Positions 12,949 to 26,778 of a stretch of DNA of 64,000 bases are shown here, in pieces (positions within the stretch are counted from its first letter, which is position 1; each line of letters opens with the position of its first letter). Below the pieces are notes generated by a model. It saw only the letters and a list, made by a program, of their open reading frames with translations, made no database searches and was not told where the DNA came from. A program made the translations under genes and the position numbers. The stretch spans positions 29,574,001-29,638,000 of the forward strand of contig NC_083284.1 of NCBI RefSeq assembly GCF_963506605.1, in the 5' to 3' direction. Source of the DNA: Zootoca vivipara (taxonomy: Eukaryota).

Positions 12949-15900
12949 AAAGAGCAGGAGACCTTAGTGTATGCGAAATAATCTGCTCTGTTGTTTCTAA
13001 AAGACAGTTTCCCTTCCAGACTCTTTGTGTGGCTGGTCCATTGGGCTTCTTGCCTTTTCCAAAGAACACCAACGCTTTGGCTGTGCACACATTACCATAT
13101 ACTGAACATGCTCCAGCGTGTTTCCGTTACTGCTGCCTGAAGCCGTGTACACGTGACATTAGCTACAATCCATATCCACCCTGTAGTTTCTTGAGAAGTA
13201 CTGGACTGAGAGATATGAAGGTAAGGTTAGCGATTTTGTGGTTACGTAGAAATACTCCTGTTCGATGCATTTCCCCTTGGACCAATTTCCATCTGATTTG
13301 AAAACATAAGTTCAATTTGCAGTTGAGGTGAGGTGTGTACATTTGAGACAGCTGTTGCACACATCCAGGTGGCAGCATGTGCACAGATGGCAGCTTCATG
13401 TATAGGAGGGAGCCATGAGGAAACCGAACATGTAACGCATATCAGGTGAAGACATGCACACTTAGTCTCCTGTATGCACCTCAACATGCAAATGCAACCT
13501 GAAATTCATTAAGGGGAAGCAACCTCACTGTGTTTTGAAGCTGCTAATGTGTACATAGCTTTAGAAGCCTAATTTGTATTTGCCTCCCCATAAGGTTCTT
13601 GCATGCTTCCTTCCAATACAAGATTTCACTCCAGAGCATCCAAAAAGCTCACCTTATTCTTTGTCCCACAATATCTTGGGTCCCCCTTCATACAAGCTAA
13701 TGTACTAATACCTTGATTTTTAAAGTACATAGCTTCCAAATATATAGAAATGTTGTTGCAGCTAAACCTATATTCTTTACCTTTTTAAAAAGCCACATTA
13801 TGCTTTTCAGGCCCATTTTCCCCACCCCTAGAAGTCCATGCAAGCTTCCTTGAATAAATCAAGCCGATATCTCTTGAACGTAAGCACAGCACAGGGCAAA
13901 GCAGAGGGTGGGACTGTTGGCTTATGTTTAAGGACATGATTAATTTACTCGACTTTTGCATGCTTGTTAATGCAGAAATTAGTATTTTATGAGGAAAGAG
14001 ATCTCCCCTTTAAATAATGCAACCTTTATTAACTTCATATTTTACACACACACATCTTTCATTGCTGACAGAATCTGGAAAAGTTCTTGCGGAGAATAAA
14101 TTCTCCTATAAAATGTTTTAGTGGGCCCCTTCGGGTAGGCTGTTGTGAGGCAGACTGATTGCTTAAGCCCCAGAAACAGTAGTCATCGTTGTGTAAGTTG
14201 GTGACCCTGGGAAAAAGAATAAGGGAGCGAAGGCCATTGGCGTGGTTTTTTTTTTAGTTGGTGTGGCTGCTTGTAGGCCTTTTGATCTGTGCTTAGACGA
14301 GACAGTCCTCCAATTTAGGTTCTGTCCTGCAGGGATGACAAAGATATTTTGGGAACACTAGGTCATTATATAACTGACCCAGACATTATCTGAACATAGC
14401 TTGTCCAAAGGTAGACAAAGGCGAGGTGCCCAAAGCCAACTAAATGGCCCTGGAAAGCTGCTTAAATGTGCCTTATCTCAGACATGGTAATTGGCTTTCT
14501 ACTGGTGGCGAGTACAGTTCTGTTAAAGGCGGGCCTGAGGGAACCACTCTTTTGGGGACTGTAGTTTATTATTAGGTGAGGAAATTACTGGACACCTCCA
14601 GCTGTCATTAATCAGCCACGGAGCCTGACTGGAGCCAAGCAAGAGGCCTGTGGGTGTATTCCACTGCATGGTAGGGAAATACAACGAGACAGAGACAAAT
14701 GCTTTTCAGCCTAGCAGCACTAAACTCTGCCCTTTCACAGACCTTAACATGCATGTTCAAATTGATTTAGTCTGTTTACCCCCTCAGCTTTGGCATCCAT
14801 TTCCCTTTAAGACTGACAGCTTTATGTGTCGCTACCATGTTATTATGTGTTACCGTTCTACCAGTAGCTATAGAGTTTCGGACAAGTGTAGGGAAAATAT
14901 ATATACTTCCAGACCTAGAAGAGGACTTGGTAGTTCTGACAGTGCAAATAGGAAAGCAGAGTCAATTAATTACTTTTTTTAAAAAAAGCAGCATGTGTTT
15001 GCTCTTTTTATTTTCCACTTTCCCCCACTTTTCAAGCCCATTCCAATTCATGTTCAAGAAAGAGAGAGAGAGAAAAAGGTGGGGGGGGGAGAAGCCTTAA
15101 ATAAACTTACGTGATTGAGAAACACATCTGTCAGGTGATGTAAGTGTCTGGCTTATAATTCTTCCTCTTTGGTTTACAAACAAGAAATTTCTTCATGGCT
15201 GTGGAATGCCGACTTAAAGTCTGCTATAGGTGTGTGCCTCTCAAGCAAAAAATGAAAACAAGTAGCAAATCACAGGGTTGACTTGGCTTGTAAACACCTT
15301 TTAACTGTATTTTCTCTTCTCTGCTGTAGGGACAGAATATACATGGAATGTGAATGGAAACTGAATGTGGCTATTTAAACATGATCTACCTAACGAAACA
15401 AGAGCCAAACAGCCCTCTCTGTTTTCCCACTGCCAGTTAGGTGAGTCCTGTTCTCCTTTGCAGGTGTTCTCTTTGCCTTTGGGGAGCAGCCTTTCAAAAG
15501 TGACAGGTTCTGTGAAATTACTTCAGTTATAAACCCCTCCAACCACTGATTTGATCTGTGGTTGGGTCGTCAGCAGGATGAGAAACTGAGGAAACCATGA
15601 GTAGTTTCACATGAAGAGCTACAATATCTAAAGTCACAGATGGGCAACTATGAGAGTGTGTTGACATACCATACAGTGAGATTGTGGCTCACCTCACAGG
15701 AGCACATAGTTGGCAACTTGACAACAACTGCACACTGAAATACCATTGCCCCTGAAAACCTCACTGTCAGGATTCTTCGTTCCTGACCTGTGCCACCTTA
15801 TACCATTTGGTAGTGCCAAACTGCATACAACTAAAAAGGCACAACTTGGAGACTTCATTGCCACAGTTGCTCAACTGAAATCAAGTCAGGTGTTCTGAAG

Positions 15901-16411
15901 GAGTAAAATGAAGATGCCTGGTAGCTGTTAGCATTTCTAATGGTTTTTTTTTAACCAACTACCATTTATGTCTAGTGTGAAATTTCTCTAGGCTGTAGAG
16001 GTCCCTTGGAATGAAAGGTATACATTAAATGTACCACTACTATTTTTATTTATTCAGCTCTTTTCTTGGGTGTATTGACTTCTCCATGTTTTTATGAGTT
16101 GCCTGAGGCAGCTTTTGCTAAAGGTGTTGATAAAACCTTTTCAGGTGAAATCGTGGACAGCTGGACCATATGTTACTTCCCCCCCCACACCATTTTTTCC
16201 CCAGCTAAAGATTGTTAAATAATAACTTGAGGGTATTTTCTCCTAATGAGCAATAACCATATCCTAGGCTAAATAAACTACAGGCCACAGGCCTAGGTGT
16301 TTATTAGCCAAGGATATGGTCAGTAACTTATTTTGAGAGAAGCATCTTCTAGCTCTTTTTTAAGGCTGATGCAAAGGTTACTTGGAGTGAAATGAAGTGA
16401 GTAGGATGAGG

Positions 16412-16416
<5 letters not shown>

Positions 16417-16450
<34 letters not shown>
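16417..16450. repeat. (GT)n microsatellite
   Basis: Direct inspection. Confidence 0.95.
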
Positions 16451-16452
<2 letters not shown>

Positions 16453-16692
16453 TTTACTGAATGTACCTGCATGGCAGGCAAGGCCTAAGGCACTGAATAT
16501 AACAAGGATCAGAATCTTGAAATTAACAGTCTGCTTTTACTCAAGTTATAAAAGCAAATTAATTAAATATTTTCATGGCTGCTAAGAAATCACTCAAATA
16601 TTTAATCCCATAAAGAGAAATGAGATTGAATAGAAATAGTAACAATGGGGCAACAGTGTTAATTCAGGGTTATTATGGCTTATAGTAACAGT

Positions 16693-17639
16693 GTTGTTTT
16701 TGCTGTTGTTTAGTCGTTTAATCGTGTCCGACTCTTCGTGACCCCATGGACCAAAGCATGCCAGGCACTCCTGTCTTCCACTGCCTCCTGCAGTTTGGTC
16801 AAACTCATGTTCATAGCTTCGAGAACACTGTCCAACCATCTCATCCTCTGTCGTCCCCTTCTCCTTGTGCCCAAAATCTTTCCCACCATCAGGGTCTTTT
16901 CCAGGGAGTCTTCTCTTCTCATGAGGTGGCCAAAGTATTGGAGCCTCAGCTTCAGGATCTGTCCTTCCAGTGAGCACTCAGGGCTGATTTCCTTCAGAAT
17001 TGATAGGTTTGATCTTCTTGCAGTCCATGGGACTCTCAAGAGTCTCCTCCAGCACCATAATTCAAAAGCATCAATTCTTCGGCGATCAGCCTTCTTTATG
17101 GCCCAGCTCTCACTTCCATACATCACTACTGGGAAAACCATAGCTTTAACTATACAGACCTTTGTCGGCAAGGTGATGTCTCTGCTTTTTAAGATGCTGT
17201 CTAGGTTTGTCATTGCTTTTCTCCCAGGAAGCAGGCGTCTTTTAATTTCGTGACTGCTGTCACCATCTGCAGTGATCAAGGAGCCCAAGAAAGTAAAATC
17301 TCTCACTGCCTCCATTTCTTCCCCTTCTATTTGCCAGGAGGTGATGGGACCAGTGGCCATGATCTTGTTTTTTTTTTTATGTTGAGCTTCAGACCATATT
17401 TTGCGCTCTCCTCTTTCACCCTCATTAAAAGGTTCTTTAATTCCTCCTCACTTTCTGCCATCAAGGTTGTTTCATCTGCATATCTGAGGTTGTTGATATT
17501 TCTTCCGGCAATCTTAATTCTGGCTTGGGATTCATCTAGTCCAGCCTTTCGCATGATGAATTCTGCATATAAGTTAAATAAGCAGGGAGACAATATACAA
17601 ACTTGTTGTACTCCTTTTCCAATTTTGAACCAATCAGTT
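16693..17639 (-). mobile_element. BovB (RTE clade) LINE, 5'-truncated, RT C-terminal part
   Basis: Minus-strand ORFs 17327-17593 (SPCLFNLYAE...NINNLRYADETTL; YADD changed to YADE) and 16710-17360 (FTFLGS...KAMVFPVVMYGSESW...HGVTKSRTRLND), joined by a frameshift at the T-run near 17370. (CAA)n-like tail. Confidence 0.95.
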
Positions 17640-18273
17640 ACGCTGAGTCAAATCATTGGTTCATCAGCATTGTTTCAACTGATAAAAATAAGCTCTTCAA
17701 GGTTTTAGACAGGGGTGCCTGGAGATGCTGGCATTGAACTTACAGCTACAACCCTTCTCTTGTGTATCTTGTTATGGAATGATTCCCAGAGTCATTTTAC
17801 AGGGAGTGTTTTATTTTCAAAAAGAGAGGTGATGGGGCAGGAGTTGCCAATGTTTCTGGACCATTGGGTACATTTGTAATCCTCAGAAAGTGTTGCGGGC
17901 ACCAGTCACAAAATGAATGCTGTGTGTATGGGAGTGGGAGGTTGATATTACACAAAATGACTATTGTGGGGGCATAACACAAAAAAGGCTGTCACATCTA
18001 GAAGAGCAGAAAAAGAGGCAGGACCACAAAAATGTGTAGGCAAATCTCACATCAGCCCCCACCCATCTATGAGAATAAAAAGGCACTGTTTTCATTCACA
18101 ATGAGAAGCAGTTTGCGCATCTCCTTGTTCAGAATGGGTCAGTGTCCAATTGCAGTATCCAATGAAATGTGGCCCTGGCTTATGGGGCATGTTCAGTGTA
18201 CAAGCTGAGCTCAGTGCAAACCAGAACTGAACAGGTAGATCAAACTTAGTGGGCAAGGCCACAAATAGATATA

Positions 18274-18503
18274 CAGTGGTACCTTGGGTTAAGAACTTAA
18301 TTCATTCTGGAGGTCTGTTCTTAACCTGAGGTACCACTTTAGCTAATGGGGCCTTCTGCTGCTGCTGCTGCCACCGCACCATGATTTCTGTTTTCATCCT
18401 GAAGCAAAGTTCTTAACCCGAGGTACTGGTACTATTTATGGGTTACCAGAGACTAACCTGAAGCATCTGTAACCTGAAGCATCTGTAACCAGAGGTACCA
18501 CTG
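18274..18503. mobile_element. Tc1/mariner-pogo (Tigger-like) MITE
   Basis: TA|CAGTGGTACCT...AGGTACCACTG|TA. Same family as 40766-40986, in opposite orientation. Confidence 0.85.
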
Positions 18504-20733
18504 TAATGAAGATACGAGTTAATGTACAGGTTGAATGAGGATCTGCATTATCATTTGCAGTTCATGGTGTCAGTAATAAGGGACTGGAAAAGGATCGTCA
18601 GTTGTCTTTGCAACAAAATTAAAAATATGCAATGTTATTTTGTTTTAGAACTGTTGATAGTTTTGTTTTGCATTGTAATTCTAATTGGCTATCATTTTTG
18701 AAACAATTTACACTTACATAGACACAAGCTGAACGAGCCAAAAAGATTCAGGCAAACTGAGTTTTTATAGAATCTTGATGCTTAGCAGGAATAGCCTTAT
18801 TTGAAAATCTAGTAAATAATGAGCTCCAAACTACAGCACACCATTGTTATGAAAGCATAATAAGACTAGTGTAAAATCTTCCAACATGTGTGTCTGTGTT
18901 GCACATAAAATCCCTGGACATGGAAATGTCAAGAAATCAGTTTCTTAAACTAAGACATTGCCGTTGAAAATTGATATGGGCATAGTCTTAGCAAAGCATT
19001 TTCATAGGTTATTAGTTCCAGTGAGTTTGACCATCTATCAAATGAATGTACCTGATACAAATATATATGGCATTGACTAATTGGCATGCTGACAGTTGGC
19101 CTAAGTTAGATATATGATGTTGTGCCGCTGAGGTTGGTAGAAAAACAAAAATACAAAAGGTAGCTATGCTATGCCTACAATTAGCAGTGTAAACATCTTA
19201 ATAGGCATCAAGGACACAAACAGATGTTCTAATAGCGTGTCTGTGAGAAACTGATCTGTACTACTTCCACTCTAGCTTGACCTCTCAAAGTTTCAGTCCC
19301 ACTGGGAATTTCAGTGATTTATTAATTTGGGCACAATGAATACCATAGAGACAAGCAGTCGTTTTTAAGGAGTGTGGAAACAGTGTGTGTTTGTGTGTCA
19401 TTTCACAGGCGTTTTTCTCCCTGATAAACACCCTTTTGTATTTTTTGCACCCTTTTGTATGGGTGGAAAAGCAGAACAATATTCACAAGGGTGTAGGTGC
19501 TTGGAGAAGAGTGAATGTTTCCCCATTGCTAAGGTGACAAACAGGTCAATGGTTCCAATTAGAAGTTGACGTTTAGAATGTGGATGGAGATATGCATTCG
19601 GATGTCAGCTGAATACATACCCTACTCTGCCCCAACTGCTCATGTGTAACTAACTATACACAACCATAACTGGATCAGGGTGAAAATGTCATTGTAGAGT
19701 GGTGGCAGGAAATTAAGCTGGTAGTGCAGTATTGTAAGTCATTGCTTAGGGAATGACAATTAATTCTTTCTTCCCTATTCAGAATGCAGAGGCAATCCCT
19801 TATTCACCCTCAGATGCATTGTAACAAAATTGCAGAAAAACCTCAAAGATAGAGGGATTTTGTGGAAGAATCTTTGTGCCTCTCAACTGCACACTTTTTG
19901 CATAAAATCTTAAATATCTTTATAATTCTGCACAACTCTGGTTTCAATAGGAGAAGGGCAGCCCAGACCAATATGCAATTAATCTGTGATAAAACAGAAT
20001 CTAATCTCAAAATTAATCAAAATAGATTGCTGCAGCATCATTCTACCACATTCCTAGAGCAAGGGGAGGAAAGATTGATTATTTAGAGGATGTGGGAATT
20101 CTGGGAAAGAGGGACAGAGAGAGAGAGCCATAGTTTGTGGAAAGCAATCCTGTATTTGAGATTAAGAAAAGTTTATTTTGGGCCAAAGAATCCCCTGTAA
20201 ATAATTTTCTTTGTACTGTTAATTGAGGGGCAGGGCGGAAATGCTTTCTGGAAATTCATTATAATTGCATATTTATTCAAAATCACTTTTGTAATGCGAG
20301 TCCATCAAGAAAGTGTTTCAAAACCAAGACCCAATTTCCAAAGCTAATGCATACTTAATGTTTTCTGAAAGATGTACCAACATTTCAGTTAGAAGGGGTT
20401 GTTTTGCTGTATCTTGAATCCTAATGAGAAGTAAATGTTAAACTTAATTTGTTTCTCCAAAGCCACTTAATAAAATGATCCTGCTCTTGTTTTCTTCAAC
20501 ATGAGAAAGCTGAGTGGTACAAGATCTTGATCGGTTACATGTCAAATTATATGTCCTTTCTCTTTTATAAGAACTTCTTAATATTATTTGCCTTGAATAA
20601 ATGCAGCCTTGACTTTGCAAACAGTGCTGCAAATAATCAGTATGACTCACAACAGCAATACTGACATACTCTAAAATGAGCAAGTACATAAATCAGAATT
20701 GCTATCTCTGCCCCACTCCACTCTCCTGCTGAC

Positions 20734-21100
20734 AATAATAATAATTTATTATTTATACCCTGCCCATCTGCCTGGGTTTCTCCAGCCACTCTAGGCGGCT
20801 TCCAACAGAAATATTAGAATATACTAATTTCTTAAAGATTAAAAGCTTCCCTAAACAGGGCTGCCTTCAGATATCCTCTAAAAGTCTGGTAGTTATTTTT
20901 CTTTTTGACATCTGGTGGGAGGGCGTTCCACATGGTGGGTGCCACTACCGAGAAGGCCCTCTGCCTGGTTCCCTGTAACTTGGCTTCTCGCTTCGAGGGC
21001 ACCAGAAGGCCCTCAGCACTGGACCTCAGTGTCTGGGCAGAGCGATGGGGGGGTGGAGACGCTCCTTCCGGTATACTGGACCGAGGCCGTTTAGGGCTTT
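20734..21100 (-). mobile_element. L2-type LINE 3' end
   Basis: (AAT)n tail, TTTATACCCTGCCCATCTG...GCCACTCTAGGCGGCTTCCAACA and GGGAGGGCGTTCCAC...GAGAAGGCCCT typical of squamate L2 3' ends. Complementary short copy near 43930. Confidence 0.75.
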
Positions 21101-22378
21101 GTGTACATATACTAGCTTTTTAGAAGGCACAAAGTCAATGGATAGACCCATCTTCATTGTTCACTATGCTGTGAAAGCAGTACTTGTTGATTTCTTGCCA
21201 GATATGTAGCTGTTAAAAGCTCAGGAACCCTAGCAAGAGGAAAAGGTGGATGGACACAGTGGTAGCAGGAGAACACTTTCCAAATCGTCTCCTGGTGAGC
21301 TGATCATAATTCACCTAAAAATTTTATAGTCCTCATTTTGAGAATGGAAAACTGCAAAGGAGAGGAGGGAAGTGTAAGAGTAGTTAACAAGAGGTTAACT
21401 GTCTGCAGTAGCAATTCAGTTCTCACCATGCTTCTAATGCCACAGATCAATATGGTAGAGTAAACAAGTTTGTAAATATGTGCGAAAAACTGTAGTACTG
21501 TAGGTCCACTAGCAACTGGGTATTCGTGGCCCAAAGGTTTCATTTGTTGTTTCATATAGCACATCTGGATGGCATCAAGGATCATTTCCACATCCAACCA
21601 GATGTTATTATTGCTTGCCAAAAAAAATTCCATTGGGGTCAATGGAGGTAATAGCTTGCAAACAGACCAGATCTAGGCTAGGAGCCAAGCCCTCATTCAT
21701 TTCATGAATGTTTTTGCAAACTTTTTTGTCCTCCGAAAGAGGATGTGGAATCAACAACTATGTGTCAATCATTCTAGTTGCTTGCACATGGAATAACAGG
21801 TTGTAGGACATACCTGAAATAGGTAAAGTTGGTTGGACTGGGAAGATTCTTGCTCACCTCTCCTCTGTGTCTCATCCACTATGGGAAATAGAACATTGCA
21901 CAAATCTAAACAATGCTTGCCAGTTCCATTTATTTCCATGACCGACTTAAGCAAATGCTCACAACTCTTCCATTAGTAGCAATAGGACTTGATTTTTGAC
22001 TGGATTATGCTCACAATATTAGTCAGTGAAAACACAATCATTGCATATCTGAAACAGAGTGATGCATTACAGACTTTAAAACAGGACTGAGACATCTGAA
22101 GAAGGCAGCATTCCCTTCTCAAGGGTGGGGCAGAGGTAAAATGGATGGAGCAATAAGTGTACATCAAGTTATACACCCCCCCTTTCTAGCTCCTATGAGT
22201 CATGATCAGGGGTCAACGACACATTCCAGGCAGGCAAAAACATTCAAAAGAGGGTGTGAAGTAAGGCTAGTCAGGGGGTCTCCCAAGGAGCCCTCCAGGC
22301 CTCAGATTCCCAACTTCTGCCTTAAAACATGTATGGAGGGTGTCATGCTAATATGTGACAAGTGTGATAGGCTTATAT

Positions 22379-22699
22379 CAGGAGTCAGCAAACTTTTTCA
22401 GCAGGGGGCCGGTCCACTGTCCCTCAGACCTTGTAGGGGGCCGGACTATATTTTTGGGGAAAAAATGAACGAATTCCTATGCCCCACAAATAACCCAGAG
22501 ATGCATTTTAAATAAAAGGACACATTCTACTCATGTAAAAACACCAGGCGGGCCCCACAAATAAGCCAGAGATGCATTTTAAATAAATGGACACATTCTA
22601 CTCATGTAAAAACATGCTGATTCCTGGACTGTCCGCGGGCCGGATTTAGAAGGCGATTGGGCCACATCCGGCCCCCGGGCCTTAGTTTGGGGACCCCTG
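22379..22699. mobile_element. Non-autonomous hAT (Charlie-like) element
   Basis: Imperfect TIRs CAGGAGTCAGCAAACT/AGTTTGGGGACCCCTG. Exact 8-bp TSD GCTTATAT (22371-22378, 22700-22707). Internal ~63-bp duplication. Confidence 0.85.
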
Positions 22700-23716
22700 G
22701 CTTATATGGTGGCACTTAGGGCCACCTCTGGAATAATGCTTCCTTTTTGTTCATGTGATAAATTGGCAAGAATCCATGTTGTGCCTTCACAGAGCTGTTA
22801 TGAAAGACATTCTTTTCCATGGCTGGCTGGACTGCAGCAGGCTTTAGGCTAGAATTAGAAGGAATATTCCAGTATTCTGACATACCAGCACTAGTATGAA
22901 GGTAGTGGAGGCATAACATGCCTCTACTCATGTGTTTGCAAAAGCAAAATAATAGAAAACAACATTGGCCTGCTGGTAAAAGATTGATACGGAATATTTG
23001 CTTATGCCAACAATTTTAAGTTTATAGCCTGGAAGAGGCACCCAGATAATGTTAGCCTTAATTGCTGTTTTCTTCTGAACATGGGAGTAGTCCAAAGGCC
23101 GTGAATGGAAATTAAAGAAAAATTAAAAACAGATGGCAGAAAGCACTCTGAGAAACTGAAACACAGGCAGTACTATATGCTCAATTTAGCAGAAAGGGAG
23201 AGGGGTGTCTCTGGAGTTTCTATGTCCCTTTCTCCTTGCATAATATATCTTCTCAGGCTGAAGTGCATAATAGTGTGTTTCTCTGAAATGTCCCACACAA
23301 TTCAGATAGCAGCTATTGGGTCAGATTGTTTTTATTTTCAGTCTTGGTTTTGGGAGCCAGGGTGAGCAAAATCTTGGCTTTAAATTACTTGGTTTTCCCA
23401 AGAAGAAACCCTATGTGTTTGGCAAAGGTGAGTGGGACAGAGGAGTCGGTAATACATATCGCTTTCAAGGGAATCTTACAGAGAGGATTTCTGGAGTTGC
23501 CTCACCTGCCATAGCTCACAATCATCTGTGACACTTGCGGCTGGCCCAGGAGGGTGAATGGAGCTTTGGCCCATGGCCTTAGTCTGCCCTCAGCCAGCTC
23601 CCCATCTGCTGACAGCCAATAAGGAGCTGGCTCTGCCTGTCAATGGCTCTGACTAGGGAAGTGATTAGTGGAATAATTGGATTCAGTTCGTATTTAAAGG
23701 CAAACCTACCACTTTG

Positions 23717-24290
23717 AGGGACGCGGGTGGCGCTGTGGGTTAAACCACAGAGCCTAGGGTTTGCCGATCAGAAGGTCGGAGGTTCGAATCCCTGCGAAGG
23801 GGTGAGCTTCCATTGCTCGGTCCCAGCTCCTGCCAACCTAGCAGAAGAAGAAGAAAAGAAGAAGAGTTTGGATTTGATATCCCGCTTTATCACTACCCGA
23901 AGGAGTCTCAAAGCGGCTAACATTCTCCTTTCCCCTCCTCCCCCACAACAAACACCCTGTGAGGTGGGTGGGGCTGAGAGACTTCAAAGAAGTGTGACTA
24001 GCCCAAGGTCACCCAGCAGCTGCATATGGAGGAGCGGAGACGCGAACCCAGTTCTCCAGATTACGAGTCTACTGCTCTTAACCACTACACCACACTGGTT
24101 CTCGATAGCACGTCAAAGTGCAAGTAGATAAATAGCGGGAAGGTAAATGCCATTTCCGTGTACTGCTCTGGTTCGCCAATAGTGGCTTTGTCATGCTGGC
24201 CACATGACCCGGAAGCTGTACACCGGCTCCCTTGGCCAATAACGCGAGATGAGCGCCACAAAATGGTCAGGGGTCCCTTTACCTTTACCT
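23717..24290 (+). mobile_element. Sauria SINE carrying a nested SINE
   Basis: GGGACGCGGGTGGCGCTGTGG A box, GGTTCGAATCC B box, CCTTTACCTTTACCT tail. 10-bp TSD TACCACTTTG (23707-23716, 24291-24300). Confidence 0.9.
23844..24098 (-). mobile_element. tRNA-derived SINE with (CTT)n tail (Squam3-like)
   Basis: Minus strand CCAGTGTGGTGTAGTGGTTAAGAGC (A box)...GGGTTCGCGTCTCC (B box)...(CTT)n tail. Interrupts the Sauria SINE. Confidence 0.8.
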
Positions 24291-26155
24291 TACCACTTTG
24301 CATTTTGTGAAACATAACACAAACTGAAGTACAGTTCTCCTGCCAAGAAGTGGGTGAAAAAGAGCATGTGTTAGGGGGAAAGTGCCTAAAAATGCACATG
24401 CTAGTGAAAATAACACATTGTGTTTTAAGATCGGGGGTGGGGGGGAGGGTAAGAGGTTCCTATAAACTGGTGTGTTAGGTGGGAGAATGTTGTCTGGATG
24501 AGGATGAGCAGCAGCCTGACAACCACTGTACCTTCACTGTGCATAACTGCATCTAGAAAACCTTTGATGTGGCTCTGTGGGATAGTGTGATACTGCTTGA
24601 GCTGTTGGTGGTTAGGTGTAGGGAATGAGGGGTTCAGACTATGATCCTAAACACCCAGGTTTTGAAAGTAAACTCCATTGAAATTTATGACACTTGCTTC
24701 CAAATAAATATGTTTAGTGCTTAGTTAACAATGCCGTTCTTGAAATACAAACTCTCTCCCACCCCCATACCTTCTGTCAAGAAGAGCAGTCATTAGAAAA
24801 AAAGTCACAATTCAGAGAACAGCCTCAAAGTCATTATATTGTTAGTAAAATCTGTTGAGTAGGTGGCAAATCATGTTTCGTTCAAAATTTCTGCCTTTCC
24901 GTGAGAATATGGAACCTGGAGATGGTGAGAAAGGGGAAGTAAAGGCTGGAATAAAACATCAATTCTTGGAGATGTTTCAACAAAGAAATATTCCTGCTTC
25001 TCCCTCACACTCCTCAAAATCTTAAAAGAAGGGCTAGCCCTGGAATGTGCTAGTCTAGATAACAGTAACCTCTGCATCTACATTTCATAATCTTTTTCTT
25101 CCGGTCAACCAGCTGTAATTCCTCAAACCAGATAAAACAGAATCTGGTGAACTTCAGTTTATGTTCACTCACACCAATGAAGGCCTTACTTATTTGGAAT
25201 TTGGAGAGCATTAATTATATGATTAGAGTTCAAATAACATGTTGTATTTATGAACAGGATTACTTCCATGAGAGGAAGTAGTCTCACCTAAAAGCTGAAT
25301 TTTGCCAGAAAAATAGATGTATGAAGACTTCAGCTCTGCAAAAATAATTCTGCTGCACATCATCACTCACAGTTCCCAGATCAAATTGTTCCAATGTACT
25401 GTCACTCAAATATAGTCCATTGTGGATAGTGCTACATCTTGGTAAAAGTCTTAGTTATATACAGCCCTGTAAATCGAAGACCTAGTACTCACAGGTAATA
25501 ACAGACTAGCAGATACAAAAAGCCAGGAATTAGGCCTTGCAGTAAGCCCAGATCCAATTTCTTTCCCCATATCAACTACAGGTAGCCTAGGGTGCTTTCT
25601 GATTGTTGGGTTGTTGCTCCTCATGTGTGCATTTCCGCCAGCATTCACATGGCACCATCATTAACATGCTAGCCTATATTCTCCCCTCTTTAATTTGGAT
25701 TAACCGTTCCTGGGGAATATCTCATAAATTAAGAGAGAGAGAGAGAAAATATCAGTCACTATTTTCAATGACCCCTATGCCAAATCTCAGCAACCCATTT
25801 GCAATATTGAGCTCAAAACTGGGAGCACCCACTATTATAGCACAGCAAAGCTATGAAGATTGTGTTATCACAAATTGGTACTGCTCTCAGAGGTCACTGT
25901 TCCTAACCATGCAAGATCCATCAATAAAGTAAATAACTGGAAGGGGTAGGAATGCACACCACTAGCCCCACCATAACATTGCCTGCTGGCCCTCCTGCCT
26001 GATGTCTTTACGTTGAGTTGAGTATGTGAAAAGGAGTGCCTTTCATGTACATAATAAGATGCCTCATGCCTATTCCTATCATTCTTAGAGGTAGGTGACT
26101 AAATTCTGAAGAGCACTTTCACAAAGCTGACCACGCCACATTTTGGTTAACAATT

Positions 26156-26156
<1 letters not shown>

Positions 26157-26199
<43 letters not shown>

Positions 26200-26211
26200 C
26201 ATAGTAATAGT
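26157..26211. repeat. (TAG)n microsatellite
   Basis: Direct inspection. Confidence 0.95.
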
Positions 26212-26638
26212 TTGCCAAGGACATAAACAATAGCTCTCTTAAGCTATCAATTAATGGTTGCCCTTTCTCTTACATATGTACTTTTTAGCAATCCAAATGA
26301 AAGATCAGGCTAAATGATAGTGCTCTTTTCCAGTCAATTGCCTTTGGTTAAAAGTACAATAAAGTCAATTACCCATTTCCATGAAAGCTTATTTTAAAGG
26401 AATGGATATATCATAATAATAAATGACTGCTGGAGAGCTCACCGTTCAATTAGATTCATACTTAAGAATGCTGTTCGAGATGAAATTGTATTTGCATTGG
26501 ATTTCATGTAACCTTTTACTTGCATTACTTTTATAGTCTAACATGAACCAGCCAGTGTCTGTAGAAGGCAATGATTTTGTACTTAACAAACCACTTACAA
26601 GATATATATGGCCAAGGTGGACAATATCTCATGTCCAA

Positions 26639-26778
26639 NNNNNNNNNNNNNNNNNNNNNNNNNNNNNNNNNNNNNNNNNNNNNNNNNNNNNNNNNNNNNN
26701 NNNNNNNNNNNNNNNNNNNNNNNNNNNNNNNNNNNNNNNNNNNNNNNNNNNNNNNNNNNNNNNNNNNNNNNNNNNNNN
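26639..26778. other. Assembly gap (140 N)
   Basis: Run of N. Confidence 1.

Larger units (their letters stand above)
23670..24420. mobile_element. Old non-autonomous DNA-transposon-like repeat, interrupted by SINEs
   Basis: Sequence either side of the Sauria SINE resembles 46430-46950 (reverse) and 61622-62190. Confidence 0.5.

Noticed and set aside
13960-14660. Possible minus-strand LTR
   Set aside because: Composition is suggestive, but I found no convincing TG...CA termini or TSD.
16738-17708. 171-aa and 152-aa plus-strand ORFs (and similar ORFs at 31947, 41493, 42681)
   Set aside because: Antisense frames of BovB that recur in each copy.
23718-23795. tRNA genes at A/B-box sequences (also 24030-24098, 31750-31823, 58630-58706)
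   Set aside because: These are SINE heads followed by SINE bodies and tails; no complete cloverleaf or terminator.
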